From contig MU004186.1 in the NCBI GenBank assembly GCA_010093605.1, positions 1,902,616 to 1,966,615 on the forward strand: a stretch of 64,000 bases of DNA. Reading direction: 5' to 3'. Below the pieces are notes generated by a model. It worked only from the letters and a program-made list of their open reading frames with translations, did not search any database and was not told the DNA's origin. The stretch is from Lophium mytilinum (lineage: Eukaryota). A program made the position numbers and the translations under genes. Positions 13,992 to 31,318 of the stretch are shown here, in pieces. Position 1 is the first letter of the stretch; each line of letters opens with the position of its first letter.

Positions 13992-14657
13992 CTAGAGATA
14001 GTTAAGAAGACTCTAATTATAGTTAGAAGTAGGCTTATAATTAGGTAAAATATTAAGAGAGAAAGAAAGAGCTAGTACTAGAGGAGTTAATATAGCTATA
14101 GTAAAGAAGGTAGAAATAATTAGTATAGCTAGAGAGTTATCTAGAAGGTCTAGAAGGCTATTAGAAATAGTAGGGCTTAGAGAAGTAGGTAATAGTAGCG
14201 GAAAATTATCTAAAGTAGGCTAAAAAGAGAAGTAAAAAAACTCTTAAGAAGTCTATATTAGAGAGCTTAGTAGTACTAATATTTTAGTATACTTTTTATT
14301 AAGATTAGTTAAGAATTAAAAGAGTTATAATTTTTTAAAAGTTAGAAAAATTTAACTTAGTAGTTTTAGGTACTAAATTTAAATTCTAGTATAACTTTAA
14401 GAATTTAGAGAAGTAGAAATTATTAAGTAGTAGAAGTTCTAATATACCTAGCACTTAGTTATTAATAGGTAGTATCTTAGTATACTTAGTAGAAATTTTC
14501 TTAATAAAAATTTATATATAGAAAATATAATTCTAAGACTAATTTTTAGTAGCTTAGTATAAATTATATAGAAAAGTTAAATATTACTCTAATTAGGCTA
14601 AGAATTTAAATGTGCGTAGCTAGAGTATTAACTTTCCCCCTTATCTAGAAAGAAAGT

Positions 14658-17600
14658 TTATTTAAGTTCTAGAGCTTATCTAAAGAGTAAGAAATAGTTC
14701 TTTAGAAGTGCCTTTATAAGGCTATTAGCTATCTATTAGTTAGTTAGAATAAATTTAAGGTCTATAGTATTATTAGTAACTTTTTCCTAAATATAGTAGT
14801 ATTAGATAGTAATATACTTTAATCTAGAGTAGAACTGCGGGTTCTTTACTAGTATAATAGCTTCTTAGTTATTACTATAGATAATAGTAGCCGCTAAAAC
14901 TTCTTCTATAGCTAGTAATTTTTAGAGAAGAGAGCGTAGCTATATAGCTTTCTTAGTAGCTTAAGTTTCTTCTATATATTCTACTTTATATAAAGAAAGA
15001 GTAATAATAGTTTACTATTTAGATAACTAACTAATAACTCTACTTCTAATACTAAAAATATATCTAGCTATAGACTAATATATAGCTTAATTACTAGCCT
15101 AATTAGAATTAGTATATTTAATAAGTAGCTAAAGTAGTCCCTTATATATAAGCTTAAGATTAAGAGTTCCTCTTAGATAGTATATAATATATTTTACAGC
15201 TTTAATATATACTATAGTAGGGTTTATAAGGTATTAGCTATATATAGATACTAAAAATATAATATTAAATTAAGTTCTAAGTATAGTATATATAAGAGAG
15301 CTAATTACTTTTATATACTAGAATTAATTAGCTTCTAATATAGTATAGCCGTCCTTAGCTAGATCTATATTACTAGTTTCTATTAGAGTAGCTATAGGCT
15401 TTCTATTAGTAAGGTTAAATTTCTAAAGGACTTTAGAGAGGTACCCCCTTTAGCTAAGTACTAAGCTATAATTCTATTAGTTATATATAATTAATATGCC
15501 TAGGTAGTAGCTATATACGCCTAGATCTAATATTTTAAAGCGCTTACTAAGAGCATTTTTAATAATCTTAATATTAGATTTAGATAGACCTATAATAAGT
15601 AGATTATTAATATATACTATAATAAAGTTATAACCCTTTAAAAAGACTTTTAAGTTAGAATCTAGTAGAGAGAAGCCTAAGCCTTTAAGAAAAGTAGTAA
15701 GTATATAATACTAGATTCTAGGTAATTATTTTAATCTATAGAGAGCTTTCTTTAGGTAGTAGACTTTATATATATTATCTTCTATACTATAGAGTTACTT
15801 AATATAGATTTCTTCTTTAATATTACTATATAAGAAGGCGGTTTTAATATCTATTTACTTAATTTCTAGGTCTAGGGTAGCGGCTATTATAAAGATTATT
15901 TTATAGCTTATAGGTTTAACTATAGAAGTAAAGGTTTTATTATAATTTATACCTTCTTTTTACTTAAATCCGTAGATAATCTATTAGGCTTTATATTATA
16001 TAACTTTACTATTAGGTCTACGCTTAAGTTTATATACCTATTTACTATAGAGAATTTATTAGTATAGTAGAGTATTAACTAGATTCTAGGTACTATTAGT
16101 AATTAGTAATACTATTTCTTTTTCTATAGCCTTCTTCTATTCTTACTATATAGAGTTAGACTATATCTAGCTAATTATTTTTAGTTTAAATAGTTCTTCT
16201 ATAGCTATACTAATAAGTATAAAGAGCCTATATAGGTTTTATAGTACGTTCTTAGTCTATAAACCTTTATTTTTATAGTTTAAGATATATAGTACTAGAT
16301 AGTTTAAAAGAACTTTAGCTAGTAGCTTATAGAGAATATCTAAGATAAAGATTCTAAATAGTTCTATTATAGATTTAACTAGGTTTCTAGGCCTATAATA
16401 GTCTAGCTTACGTTTAATTATAGAATTTAGCTAGAGAGGTAGCTACCTAGGCGCTTACCTAGGTAGCTACTATAGTAGTGCGGCCGGCCTTAGTTATAGA
16501 GGTGCCTACCTTAGTTATAGAGGCGCCTATTTAGGTAGTAGCTATAGAGGTAGTTATATAGGTACTTATTTTCTAGGCTAAGGTAAAGATCTTACTTCTA
16601 GGCTTAGTAGTTAGCTATAGTTAGGTTAAATAGTTAATTTAGAGCCTTAATAATTAGAGTTATTTATATTATTTTAGTTAACTAATATATTATAGAGGGA
16701 ATCTAGTAAGTATTCTCTAGCTAGTAACTAGTACTATATAGTAGGCCGTCTTTTTACTTTAGAAGGTATAATAGTAAGTATTATATCTTTCTCTATTAGT
16801 TTAGTAGAAGGTTTAAGTTCTTCTATATTACTTATTAGTAATTAAGCGCGTTTTTATTATTTAGATAGTAGAGGAACTATATAAGATTCCCCCCCTTCTT
16901 CTATTATTTAATTATCTAGAAAGGTAATATATAGTAGATATTCTATAAAGATAATATTTTTTACTATAATAATATAGTTATTTTAGTTTAGTAGGTAGTA
17001 GTTTTATTCTCTAGAATATTCTACTAAAATATAGTTCTTTAAGCGGGAAAATTCTAATTTCTTTTACTTAGCTTCTACTTTAAGAATATAGCATCTACTA
17101 CCTATTACTTATAACTAGTTAAGATAAGAAATATTACCTATCTATACTTTATAAGAAGTAGTAGATATTACTAAGCTAGAGCTTTAATTTCTAATTATAA
17201 CAGCAGCTTATAATACCTTAGGCTAGTATATTTTTAAAAGGCTAGATTATATAAGTATAGAGTTTATTTTACTAAGTAGTATATAGTTAATTACTTTAGC
17301 TATACTATTTAACTAATACTAGTCTTATCTAGTTATTTTAAGAAGAATACCTCTATCTTTATAGAAGTTCTAAACTAGTCTAGATATATTTTTACTAGCT
17401 TAATCTATTTATATCTAATAAATCCGCCGTTTATAGGTTTTATATATATTAGCTAGAAGCTTTAAGTAGAAGAAAAATTCGCTTCTTATTCTTAGTAGCT
17501 ATACCTAGAGTATCTAGGTTTTATTATAGATAAAGGTAACCTAATACCTATATCTATTATATACTATTTTAAAGGGTCTAGATATATTAGTATAGATAAA

Positions 17601-19274
17601 TTTAAGAGGGAATTCTTCTTATTTATTATACTAATTATAAGGTTCTACTTTTATTCTTTCTTAGATATATAGTTTATATAAGTATTCTTTTAGTACTAGT
17701 TTTATTCTAGTAGATATTATTTTTAGTTTCTAGATTACTTAATTACCTAGGTAGCCTAACTATTTATACTAGATTTAATTATTTTAATTACTAATTTAGT
17801 ATATAGCTATACTAATCTATATTAGCTATTAAAGGTTTAGAATATAGACTCTATTATATTTAGGTACTAGAAAAGTATTATCTTTTTAGGTAATATTAGC
17901 CCTATTAGAATTAAAAGAGACACTAGTTTTAATCTAAAGGAGCTAGAAGATAGAAACTAGATTATATTCTAGTATTAGAATATAGAGAGTATCTTTAAGA
18001 AGTAATACTATCTTCTTTTTATTACTATAGTATTTAAGCCTAATAGTTCTAATAGATTTAGGTTAGAGGTAAGATTCTCTAATACCCTTAAGACCTAGTT
18101 CTAAATAGCTGCATAGTATAGATAGTATAAATATATTATAGAAGCTAGAGTAGTATATAGAATAATCTATATCTAGTAGCTAGATATTTTATAGACTAGT
18201 AGTAGATTCTTTTACTATAGTTATAATATATAAAATCCCTTCTAGAAATTAGAAAGCTAGAGTAGTAGTATAAGCAGTTCTATTATTATTCTTAGCCTTT
18301 TTATTACTAGAGGATCTATCTTTATTCTATTATTATTTCCGGGTTTTAAATGTAAGGCGTTATTTTAGATATAGCTTAAAATAGTTTTCTATAGTATAAT
18401 ATATCTTACTATAGTAGAAGTATTTCTTAAAGTTAGTTTTCTTATATCTTTTAGGTGCTCTAGCACTCTTTAAATAGAATTTAGCAGCTACTATAGCTAT
18501 ATTATTACTCTTATAGTTCTTTTAAAGTTTCTCTTTATAGACGGCGGCTTAGATAGTAGTTCTAAAAGTAACTAGTTCTTCTAGAATAATACTATTTTTA
18601 TCTTAGAGTAGGATAAGTATTTATTTTTAGCTAAACGCTATTTTAAATATGCGCTAGCTAGGCCTAAGTCCCTTAAGAAATTATATTAAAAGATAGACCT
18701 TATCTTGCGTAAAGTATAGGTCTAATATATATATTTTAGTAAATACTTCTTATAGTTTCTCTATATAGTTCTTAATTTCTTTATAGTTAGTAAAAGTAAT
18801 AGTAGTAAACTTCTTTCTAAGTAATATAAATTCCGCGCTTCTAGTAGGGCGGAAGTAGTAGTTAAGTATTACTAGAATATTATAGGCGGTATTAACTCTA
18901 GTAATTTTATTTTATATATTAGTTCTATATTAGTTCTAGATTAAAAAGTATACTTTTTTTTATTTATCTTTCTATATATCTAGTAAGGGCTAGAAAGTAA
19001 TTATTACTTATTTAAGATTCTCTTTAAAGAGTTATAACTTATTTATATATACTATTTATTATACTACTATTAGATTTATACCTAATTCTACTAGAGGGTT
19101 TACTCTTATTACTAATGCCGGTCTATACTAGTAGCGGTATAGTAGAGACCTATAACTATTTATTATAATCTAGTTATAGATTTTCTTTTTCTATATATTC
19201 TATCTATTAGAAGACTCTAGCTTCTTAATTCTATTTACTCTAGCTATAGCTATAATACTATCTTTAGTAGATAT
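14658..19274 (-). pseudogene. RIP-degraded Copia gag-pol polyprotein
   Basis: Begins with gag-like (M)STEDG...IEKLESSDGWNTWKKKI near 19274 and ends ...QIADGLTKALPK...LGLE* at 14658; integrase, RT and RNase H motifs lie between. Confidence 0.9.
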
Positions 19275-20200
19275 AGTAGAGAGATAGAAAGAGTATATAG
19301 CTTATAGTAGAGTTAAAAGAAATTTAAAGAATAGATATAGATAGGTTAGAAACTAGTAACTAGTTTATTAGTAATAGAGGTAATTATAGTAGAGAAAAAG
19401 ATATAGGCGTATTAATAGCTAATCTAGTAGATAAAGGGGTTTTAATAGAGAGCCTCTAAATATTAGTACTACTAGTAGTAGAGAGAAAGTTAGTAGTTAT
19501 ATAGCCTTTAAAGATAACTTTATCTAGTCTCTTTTTATAGATATAGTTAGTATTATTAATATTATCTTTAAGAAAAAGAGTATTATAGTTATTAAAGATT
19601 TTAGATAATCTAGAAAATTAAGTTTAATTAAGTATTTAATAGATATAAGTATAAGTAGGTTTAAGAGAACGCTTATATAGATTATATCTTATCTAAGAAG
19701 TAAATAACTTAAAAGTAGATTACTAAAGAGTTAATATCTTTATATTAAGAAAGAAAGGTTACCTTTTTAATACTTTATTACTAAGTAAGCGGCTAGTAAT
19801 ATAAGTAGAGAGTTAAAAGCGGCTTATATACTAATTTAGAATTAATATTATAAAAGTAGATATAGTTTCTTCTAGAGTTACTAGTTTCTACTAGTATTAA
19901 TAGTAAAACTATCTCTTTACCTAATTTTTAATTTTAAAATAAGGTAGCTAGAAGGTAGTTAGGTTCTAACTACCTTCTTTTTTCTAGTTTAGATTTTAGT
20001 ATAGAGCTAGAAGAATCTAAATAAAACTTATTAGTAATTAAAGTAGTTAGTAGCTTAAAGCTAGCCTAGCCTTCTATTTATTTCTATCTAAAAGGGGGCT
20101 GCGCAGTAGAGATAAATATTATTTATTATTTTACCCCTTTAATAAGGTTTTAGTAAAGCGGGTTTTTAGTATATTAGATAGTACTTAGCTTATTATAAAC

Positions 20201-20214
20201 CTGGGCTTATAACC
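20201..20214 (-). promoter_or_regulatory. Copia primer-binding site, internal tRNA-iMet (half-tRNA) type
   Basis: Minus strand GGTTATAAGCCCAG (RIP form of GGTTATGAGCCCAG) directly follows the 5' LTR and resembles the Drosophila copia PBS GGTTATGGGCCCAG. Confidence 0.8.
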
Positions 20215-20344
20215 TCTTAAAAGGAATACTAAGTTAATTAATTAACCTAGGTAGAGGGGGAATAGGGCTATCTATATATCTAACCCTAAGCCTAATTTCT
20301 CTTATATTGGAATACTAGTCAGCCTAAGCTAACTACTTCCAACA
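20215..20344 (-). repeat. Copia 5' LTR (130 bp)
   Basis: Direct repeat of 4592-4721, followed by the ACTTG duplication. Confidence 0.95.
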
Positions 20345-20722
20345 ACTTGCATATCTTCCAACAGAGACTCAACCGCCGTGCAGGCGAAGATTATTTAGTG
20401 TTCGCCCACGCACTTCCAGGCCCCTATACCAAGCCATTGGTAACCCAGTTGGTAATTTGGGCCAATGACTTGGTGTCCAGCACTCGGTTTTCGAAACCGA
20501 ACACTACAATGCAGCATTGCCAAGCAAGATTCGCTTAACCATACCCTTCTCATAACCACGGGCGGCTAGGTACCCTGCAAGAGGCGTACCGATCTATATC
20601 AGTATCTGGAGGCAGTACATTTAAAAAGTTCCTTAAAGCAGAGCTTCTCGTCGAGGTAGACGGTAGTTCTGTCCTACAGGCGAGCACCACGACTCTACAT
20701 CATAGAGTAATCCGACATCGCC

Positions 20723-21292
20723 ATGGGTTTCGGTAGACTATTCCACCGTTCAAGCAAAAGCAAAGCAGGTAGCAACACTCCCTTGTTCATCATGCGTATG
20801 CCGATCAAAACTGACCACCATCCAGCCACCTCCCTAATCACCGCTCCTCCAGCCTCGCCCCCACCGACCAGTAACTACGCAGCCCCCACGCCAGCCCCAA
20901 TTCCCACTCCACCGCCCGCGCGACCATCACCAAACGCCGGCCTATGCTGGCGCTGCTCCTCGCCCAACCGGATCGGCACTTCGCGGATGGACCCCGACAA
21001 CCCCAACAGCCGCCGCCCGTACCGCAAATGCTCAAATCGGGACTGCGACAGCTTCAACGGGTTCGCCGACCAGCGCGGCGTCCATCCGGATCACATGCCT
21101 TGCGATTGCGGCGTACCATCTAGAGTGGTGGCGAAGAAGAACCGGAATGAGTGGGGAAAGAGAGAGTTGTTCTACACGTGCGCGAATGGGACTTGTGATA
21201 CGCATTTGGGCGATGTTAGGGGGCAGAGTAGGAGGGTACTGGAGTTTACTGATGATCAGATCGATCAGATGGTGAGGCGGGGACAGGTTTAG
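20723..21292 (+). CDS. 189-aa protein with a Pro-rich linker and two GRF-type-like zinc fingers
   Basis: Intronless ORF with context CGCCATGG; CWRC...NSRRPYRKCSNRDCDSF and CDCGVPSR...GKRELFYTCANGTC resemble zf-GRF. Confidence 0.75.
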   Translation: MGFGRLFHRSSKSKAGSNTPLFIMRMPIKTDHHPATSLITAPPASPPPTSNYAAPTPAPIPTPPPARPSPNAGLCWRCSSPNRIGTSRMDPDNPNSRRPYRKCSNRDCDSFNGFADQRGVHPDHMPCDCGVPSRVVAKKNRNEWGKRELFYTCANGTCDTHLGDVRGQSRRVLEFTDDQIDQMVRRGQV

Positions 21293-22024
21293 GGGACATG
21301 TACTGCGAATATGTCTTTGTTTTCTTGAGTAGTAAGGAGGGAGGCGCGTTCTCTTTCCTAGGTCTCTTCTCTAGTCTTTTTCCTATATTTTTCCTGTCTC
21401 TATTCTATAATAGCTCGAGTTTCCTCGTTCCATAACGATCTCATGTCGCTCTATTCCAAACCACTTCGATGATGTTGATGTTGCTTGCGATGAAGAGAAT
21501 GGACGATGATCTTTTGCCTGACGTGGTTGATGTCATGGATAAACTAGTCATCGAGATTGAGGACATAAGAAACAGACGAAGAAGGCGAAGTAGAAGATAA
21601 AAAGCCAGAAAAGCGTAGTAGCACCAACCATTATCAATACACGCGAAAAGACTCTTCTCATGAGGTACCAACTATCATTCATGATCCCAGAACCTATGTA
21701 CGCCATTACCGATGCAAGCACTATTTACTACTAGCCCAACCCGCCAAAACCCATCAGTCATCTCATTCGTGCCATCTCAGCCCGCCACGTCCACCCTCCT
21801 CTCCAACCCACCCCAAGGACGCCGCGGCGCTGGCGAAGGATAATTCAGCTACCTCTACAAGCAACATAGCGGACACCCCGCTCGTTCTATCCACATCCCA
21901 ACGGGTAGCGAAAGCGCACCAGAACCAATGCATTTTAGGAAAGAAAAAGAACGTGAGAAGTGACAGAATACAGGCGAGAGGTCAGAAAGGAAGCCAATCC
22001 GAGTTCCAAACAAGCGCCGCTCCC

Positions 22025-27200
<5,176 letters not shown>

Positions 27201-28339
27201 GAAGAGAGGCAGCCAGCCTGGGAGCTTATGAAGCTCCGAGGGCGGCAGGACGATGCAATGAGAGGGAACGCGTGACGCCGAGACAACAGGCAGAGGGCTG
27301 TATGGCAGAGGGCGTGCGGAGGGCGTCGCGCACAGGGGAGTCGGCCGTGAAGGTGTTCCTGGGGTTGAGATGGTGGTGAAAAAGCGCAGCTGGTTACATG
27401 CCGCCTGGCCGCCGTCAGCCCTGCCCAAGTTCGCCAAAATCACCAACCACAGGCCGCCCGGTGATCCGCGCAAGGCTGCCAACAACAAGGCGACTTTGCC
27501 AGGCACGCAGTAGGGTGAATGTGCGTGACTCCGTGCGGCGAGACAGCTGCAGCCTGCTTGACTGCTGGCGGACAGCTTGCTGCACTGTTTGCTTGCGCAT
27601 TTACAGCTTCACCAAGGCGACAGTGAGCGGCAAGACAAAGTCCGCCACCGCCACGTCCGGGCACAGTGTAATCTAGATAGCACGTATCGGGCACGCGTTT
27701 TCGCGTTTCGGGTGGACGTGGTTGGTACAGCCAATATTCACGTGTACCTCCCGGTGGTGCTGTATTTGGACCTCGCTAGAAAGCAACCTCAGGGCTCCGA
27801 ACCTACGTGCGCAGATGAGCTTCTCTGCGAGGGGTGAATAGTCTCTATAATATATGTTTGCAGCTTTTTGACATCCACATCAGCATTAGTTAGCATCAGT
27901 TGGAGTATCAGCATTAGCATCCAGCAGTATCAGATTGCCATCCAGCGGCACCAATAAGGTTGCCTAACAGGGAGCTAGAGGGGAGCAAATTGGGAATACG
28001 GCGATGTTCGTTTCTACATAGTCGCGAACGTGCTATGATAGTAGTGAAGAAGACGCGGAACAGATACAAGGCCCGAGACCCTGGTACTCTTCAGCACCTC
28101 GTCTCGTCAGCCGAGACATATCCCACGGCCATCCAAGTCCACCAATATGCGATGCAGCCATAGAGCGGCAATAGTGCTTAAGCACGGTAGGGCCCGGCCG
28201 CAGCCAGGATTGCTGGCAGAGAACTCCCACCTCACCGAAGACAGGAGCAGGCCTGTCTCCACCAAGATTCTGATAGTACAAGATATGAGCGAGTGCAAGA
28301 ACTGTAGTAAGAACTTATCCCTAGGCCAGTTAGCATGCA

Positions 28340-30175
28340 TCATTTTGAATGGCCGCCACTGTTGAGCCATGCAAAAGCCGATGCACCACCCACAGGGTTC
28401 GCCGATCGCGGCTTTGGAAGGGCCATCTGGTTATCCTTCGACGCCAACGACGCTTTTTCACCCGATACCGATCTCTTCAGCTGTGGATCATTAACATCGC
28501 TGCCGGATGTGGTGCTCGTTCGCCGACGCCCATCGTCAAAGAAGCGCGACTGCCCAGTGACTGGTGATGGAGAGTGGATGTTGCTGGTCGAGGCTGTACG
28601 AGCTCCAGGTTTTATCGGTTTCAGCACCTTGATACCGGTATCCTTGCGCTGATAAGTGGAGGCCGTACTCTTGCTCGCATTAGCCCAGTCCATTGAGTTG
28701 GTCTTCTCACTGTCGCGTCTCCAGTTGCTCCAGATTGCTGGCGAGGCACCAGAGCGGAGAGCACTGCCGGTTGACTGGCTGAAGTCATCACTTTCCTTGG
28801 ACTCGGTCCGCGCCGTGACAACTCCAATCAAAGGTCGTTGGTCAAGGCTTCTGCGCCCAGTAGAGGCACCGTCATCTGAATCGACAGTGCTGGCAGCACC
28901 GTTTGATCTTGCCAATGGTGGAGCGGCGTGCTGATTCGTGGACGCGTGATGTTCAAGAAGCGCCGGAGGCTCCATTTCAGCAGAAGACATGGCCTCTTCT
29001 ACTTCCTTGGCATGCTTCGGGTAGTCGGGCGTCGCACTAGACACATAGAGCGATTTGAAAGTACGCTCGTCTTCTGGCCGTACCAGGGGAATTTGTAGTT
29101 TACTACCCTCATCGTCAAACAGCGTAAGTCTATTGGAGGAGAGAAGAACGTCGGCATTGTGGCAACGGAGCATGTCGCTGCCAAAAAAGATTTGGATGGG
29201 CTTCCCATCACCCTTTTCGTGACTTTCGAAAACAGTGAAAGTGACGGTCAGAGACGGGACTTGAGGCGCCGGGCTACTTGACCGAGATGATGCTGTGAAC
29301 GGGGCAGCTTCGGGCAGGTAGACAACGAGCTTGATCTTGCGTGTCCCGTCTTCATGTTCAGTGATCCGTTCGCCAAAACCCAGACGATTAATCAAACGCC
29401 TATCTATCGACGAGGCGTATGAGCCACTACACACGGCAGCGTAGAGGAGAGTGTCGTGTTTGAAATTCGTATCGAGCCAGCAGCGGATGATTGCTGGCAC
29501 TGTTCCGAGCACAAATAGGCCTGGCGCAAGTCCAGGAGGGTCCAACGGCGATATGCCAGAATTACCAAGACCGTATCCAGTGTCCAGGCCAAGGCTGTTT
29601 GCACGTCCAGAAGTTGCAGAGTACACCGAGTGGCCAGTTGAGCTTTGTCGACCATCAGACTTATGCGAGTAGCTCCTCTCAGTCATGGGATGGCCACCCA
29701 TTCCACTGCCTGTGCGAGGTATCAGGTCCAGAGAAGACCGCGAGGCATGTGCCCAATGGCCCTGGTTTGCAGTCTCATCGAATCGAACGCTTGCTGCGCG
29801 AGACGATGCGCCCATGCGTCGCGGCTCATCGTCAGCATCAAGCTGAAGGCTCCCGATAATGTTGCTCCGATCGTCATCGAAATTCGAGAATGCTTCCGGA
29901 GGAGGATGTTGCAACGGACCTGGAGTTGTGATTAGAGACTCTGTAGCTCATATAGAGGATATAGACCAACCTTGCTGAGGGGTGCCACTCAGGACGGAAG
30001 GGAATGGCGAAGATGTCCCCCAAACCGACTTGACTCTGGCATCCTCGTCTTGCCGTCGCTCGACACGCGATAGACGTTCACTGAGGTCTACTTGATTTTG
30101 TTGGACGCGAATCATATCGTTCTGCATGCGCCAGATATCGTCTCGGGGGGTGAATGAGGCACTCTGAGGATCCAT
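28340..30175 (-). CDS. Fungal protein with an N-terminal coiled coil and a central retropepsin-like fold lacking the catalytic Asp
   Basis: Two exons (intron about 29920-29970, GTTGGT..CTAAT..CCAG). Exon 1 reads MDPQSASFTPRDDIWRMQNDMIRVQQNQVDLSERLSRVERRQ; the central region has LLYAAVCSGSYASSIDRRLI and IFFGSDMLRCHNADV. The gene call is solid; the fold assignment is inference. Confidence 0.8.
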
Positions 30176-31318
30176 CACAAAAACTACGCATTACTCAGTG
30201 GGTACGAGCCACTGATGCCTCGAAATCAGTTTTGAACGGGCCTCGCCCTTCACACCACCGTCGCCAGAGCCCAGCAACGGCAGGGCCGTCGACTACCACA
30301 GTATCCAAGCCCCGTGGTCCACCAACTTTGCAACAAAATCGTGTATTTCGACCGCCGAGCGGGGCGACGTGCGGGTGGGAGCGGTGTAGAGCCTGGTGGA
30401 GAGCGCGGTGGTCGTGTCGCTTGCGGAGCTTGATTGCGGTGGCGGAGGTCTTTGTAGGCAACGAGTGAGCTTGAGCGGGACGTAGAGGTGGTCGTTTGGA
30501 GAGCTTCACAGATAGGCGGATGTAGATTCGGCGACTGGAGGCCTTGGAACTTGCAAAAGGATAGCAATCAGACAAATGGTAAGTCGTGGTGATTGCGGCG
30601 GGCGAGGGGACGGGGAGGGTGTTTGCGGAGGGGGGTGGAGCAGGTCCTGGATGGGGCAAGCGGTGTGGTATTCCCGTTCAAAGAGGATCTAGGCGAGGAA
30701 ACATTCGTCAAATCATCAGGACGACATAGGAGTGATATGTGAAACAGCGAGGTTGATGCATCCCGTCCACTTCATAGACGTAGTCCAATCTAGCTTAGCT
30801 GCAGATCCTCCAGATCCACCCCGTGGATTCAAGGCTGCGGCCAGACCACCCGTTCGGTCGTATCAATGTATAAACACTGATTTGTATATATTCATCAATT
30901 CTATAAACTACATTAGATAGCCCTTACAGCTATTAACTTCTTCCGTCGTTCCGGTTCCTCTCCCTTGCTTGAGGTTATCAATTTCACCAGTAGCTTCCTT
31001 TGTTCGAACAAGGAGTCCACCACACCGTGTCAGCATGTTTGGAAATGGATATACATGTACTATATAGAACCATCTCAGTCCGTTCCTTTCACTCACGAAG
31101 TATAAAACGCCAAGTCACACGTAAAAGACACCACATGTAGTCCTTGCGAGCTTCTATCTTAACCCTAGCCTGGTGAACGAAGCTTCTACTCTACCGCAGC
31201 TCATGTCTAAGCTATTTCATACGCTCTACTTTGTCCCGAAAGCAAAGTTCAGATTCGCGCTATTAGTATCCGAATTTCCGAGATATCGGGTATAGCATCC
31301 CACATATCGTCCCAGGAC

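Larger units (their letters stand above)
4722..14100 (-). pseudogene. Putative extra ORF in the Copia 3' region (about 385 codons, Ser-rich middle), split by the Gypsy insertion into 13992-14100 and 4722-5771
   Basis: Removing the Gypsy element and one CTAGA copy rejoins a frame starting ATA GCT ATA TTA ACT CCT (possibly a RIPped ATG). TCT-rich codon periodicity persists, and the only stops are TAA/TAG, which RIP can create. The product is not recognised. Confidence 0.45.
4592..20344 (-). mobile_element. Ty1/Copia LTR retrotransposon, full length, RIP-inactivated, interrupted by a nested Gypsy element (about 7.5 kb without the insert)
   Basis: 130-bp direct repeats with outer ends TGTTG...CCAACA; 5-bp duplication ACTTG at 4587-4591 and 20345-20349. 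Minus-strand de-RIPped motifs occur in Copia order: integrase (IHTDISGPF), RT (EQMDVKTAFL, FIAVYVDDL), RNase H (GYTDSDWAGD, WSSKRQTVVALSSCEAEY, KHIDI). Confidence 0.95.

Noticed and set aside
4592..20344. AT-rich block as a mitochondrial insertion or foreign DNA
   Set aside because: Fully explained by LTRs, target-site duplications and retroelement motifs with TpA excess from RIP.
21441..21671. Short acidic/Arg-rich frame (MMLMLLAMKRMDDDLLPDVVD...RRRRRSRR) and an antisense ORF
   Set aside because: Low complexity with no supporting splice or start signals; it lies between convergent 3' ends.
27870..27950. CAGCATTAG/TAGCATC-like short repeats
   Set aside because: Irregular degenerate simple repeats with no spacer structure.
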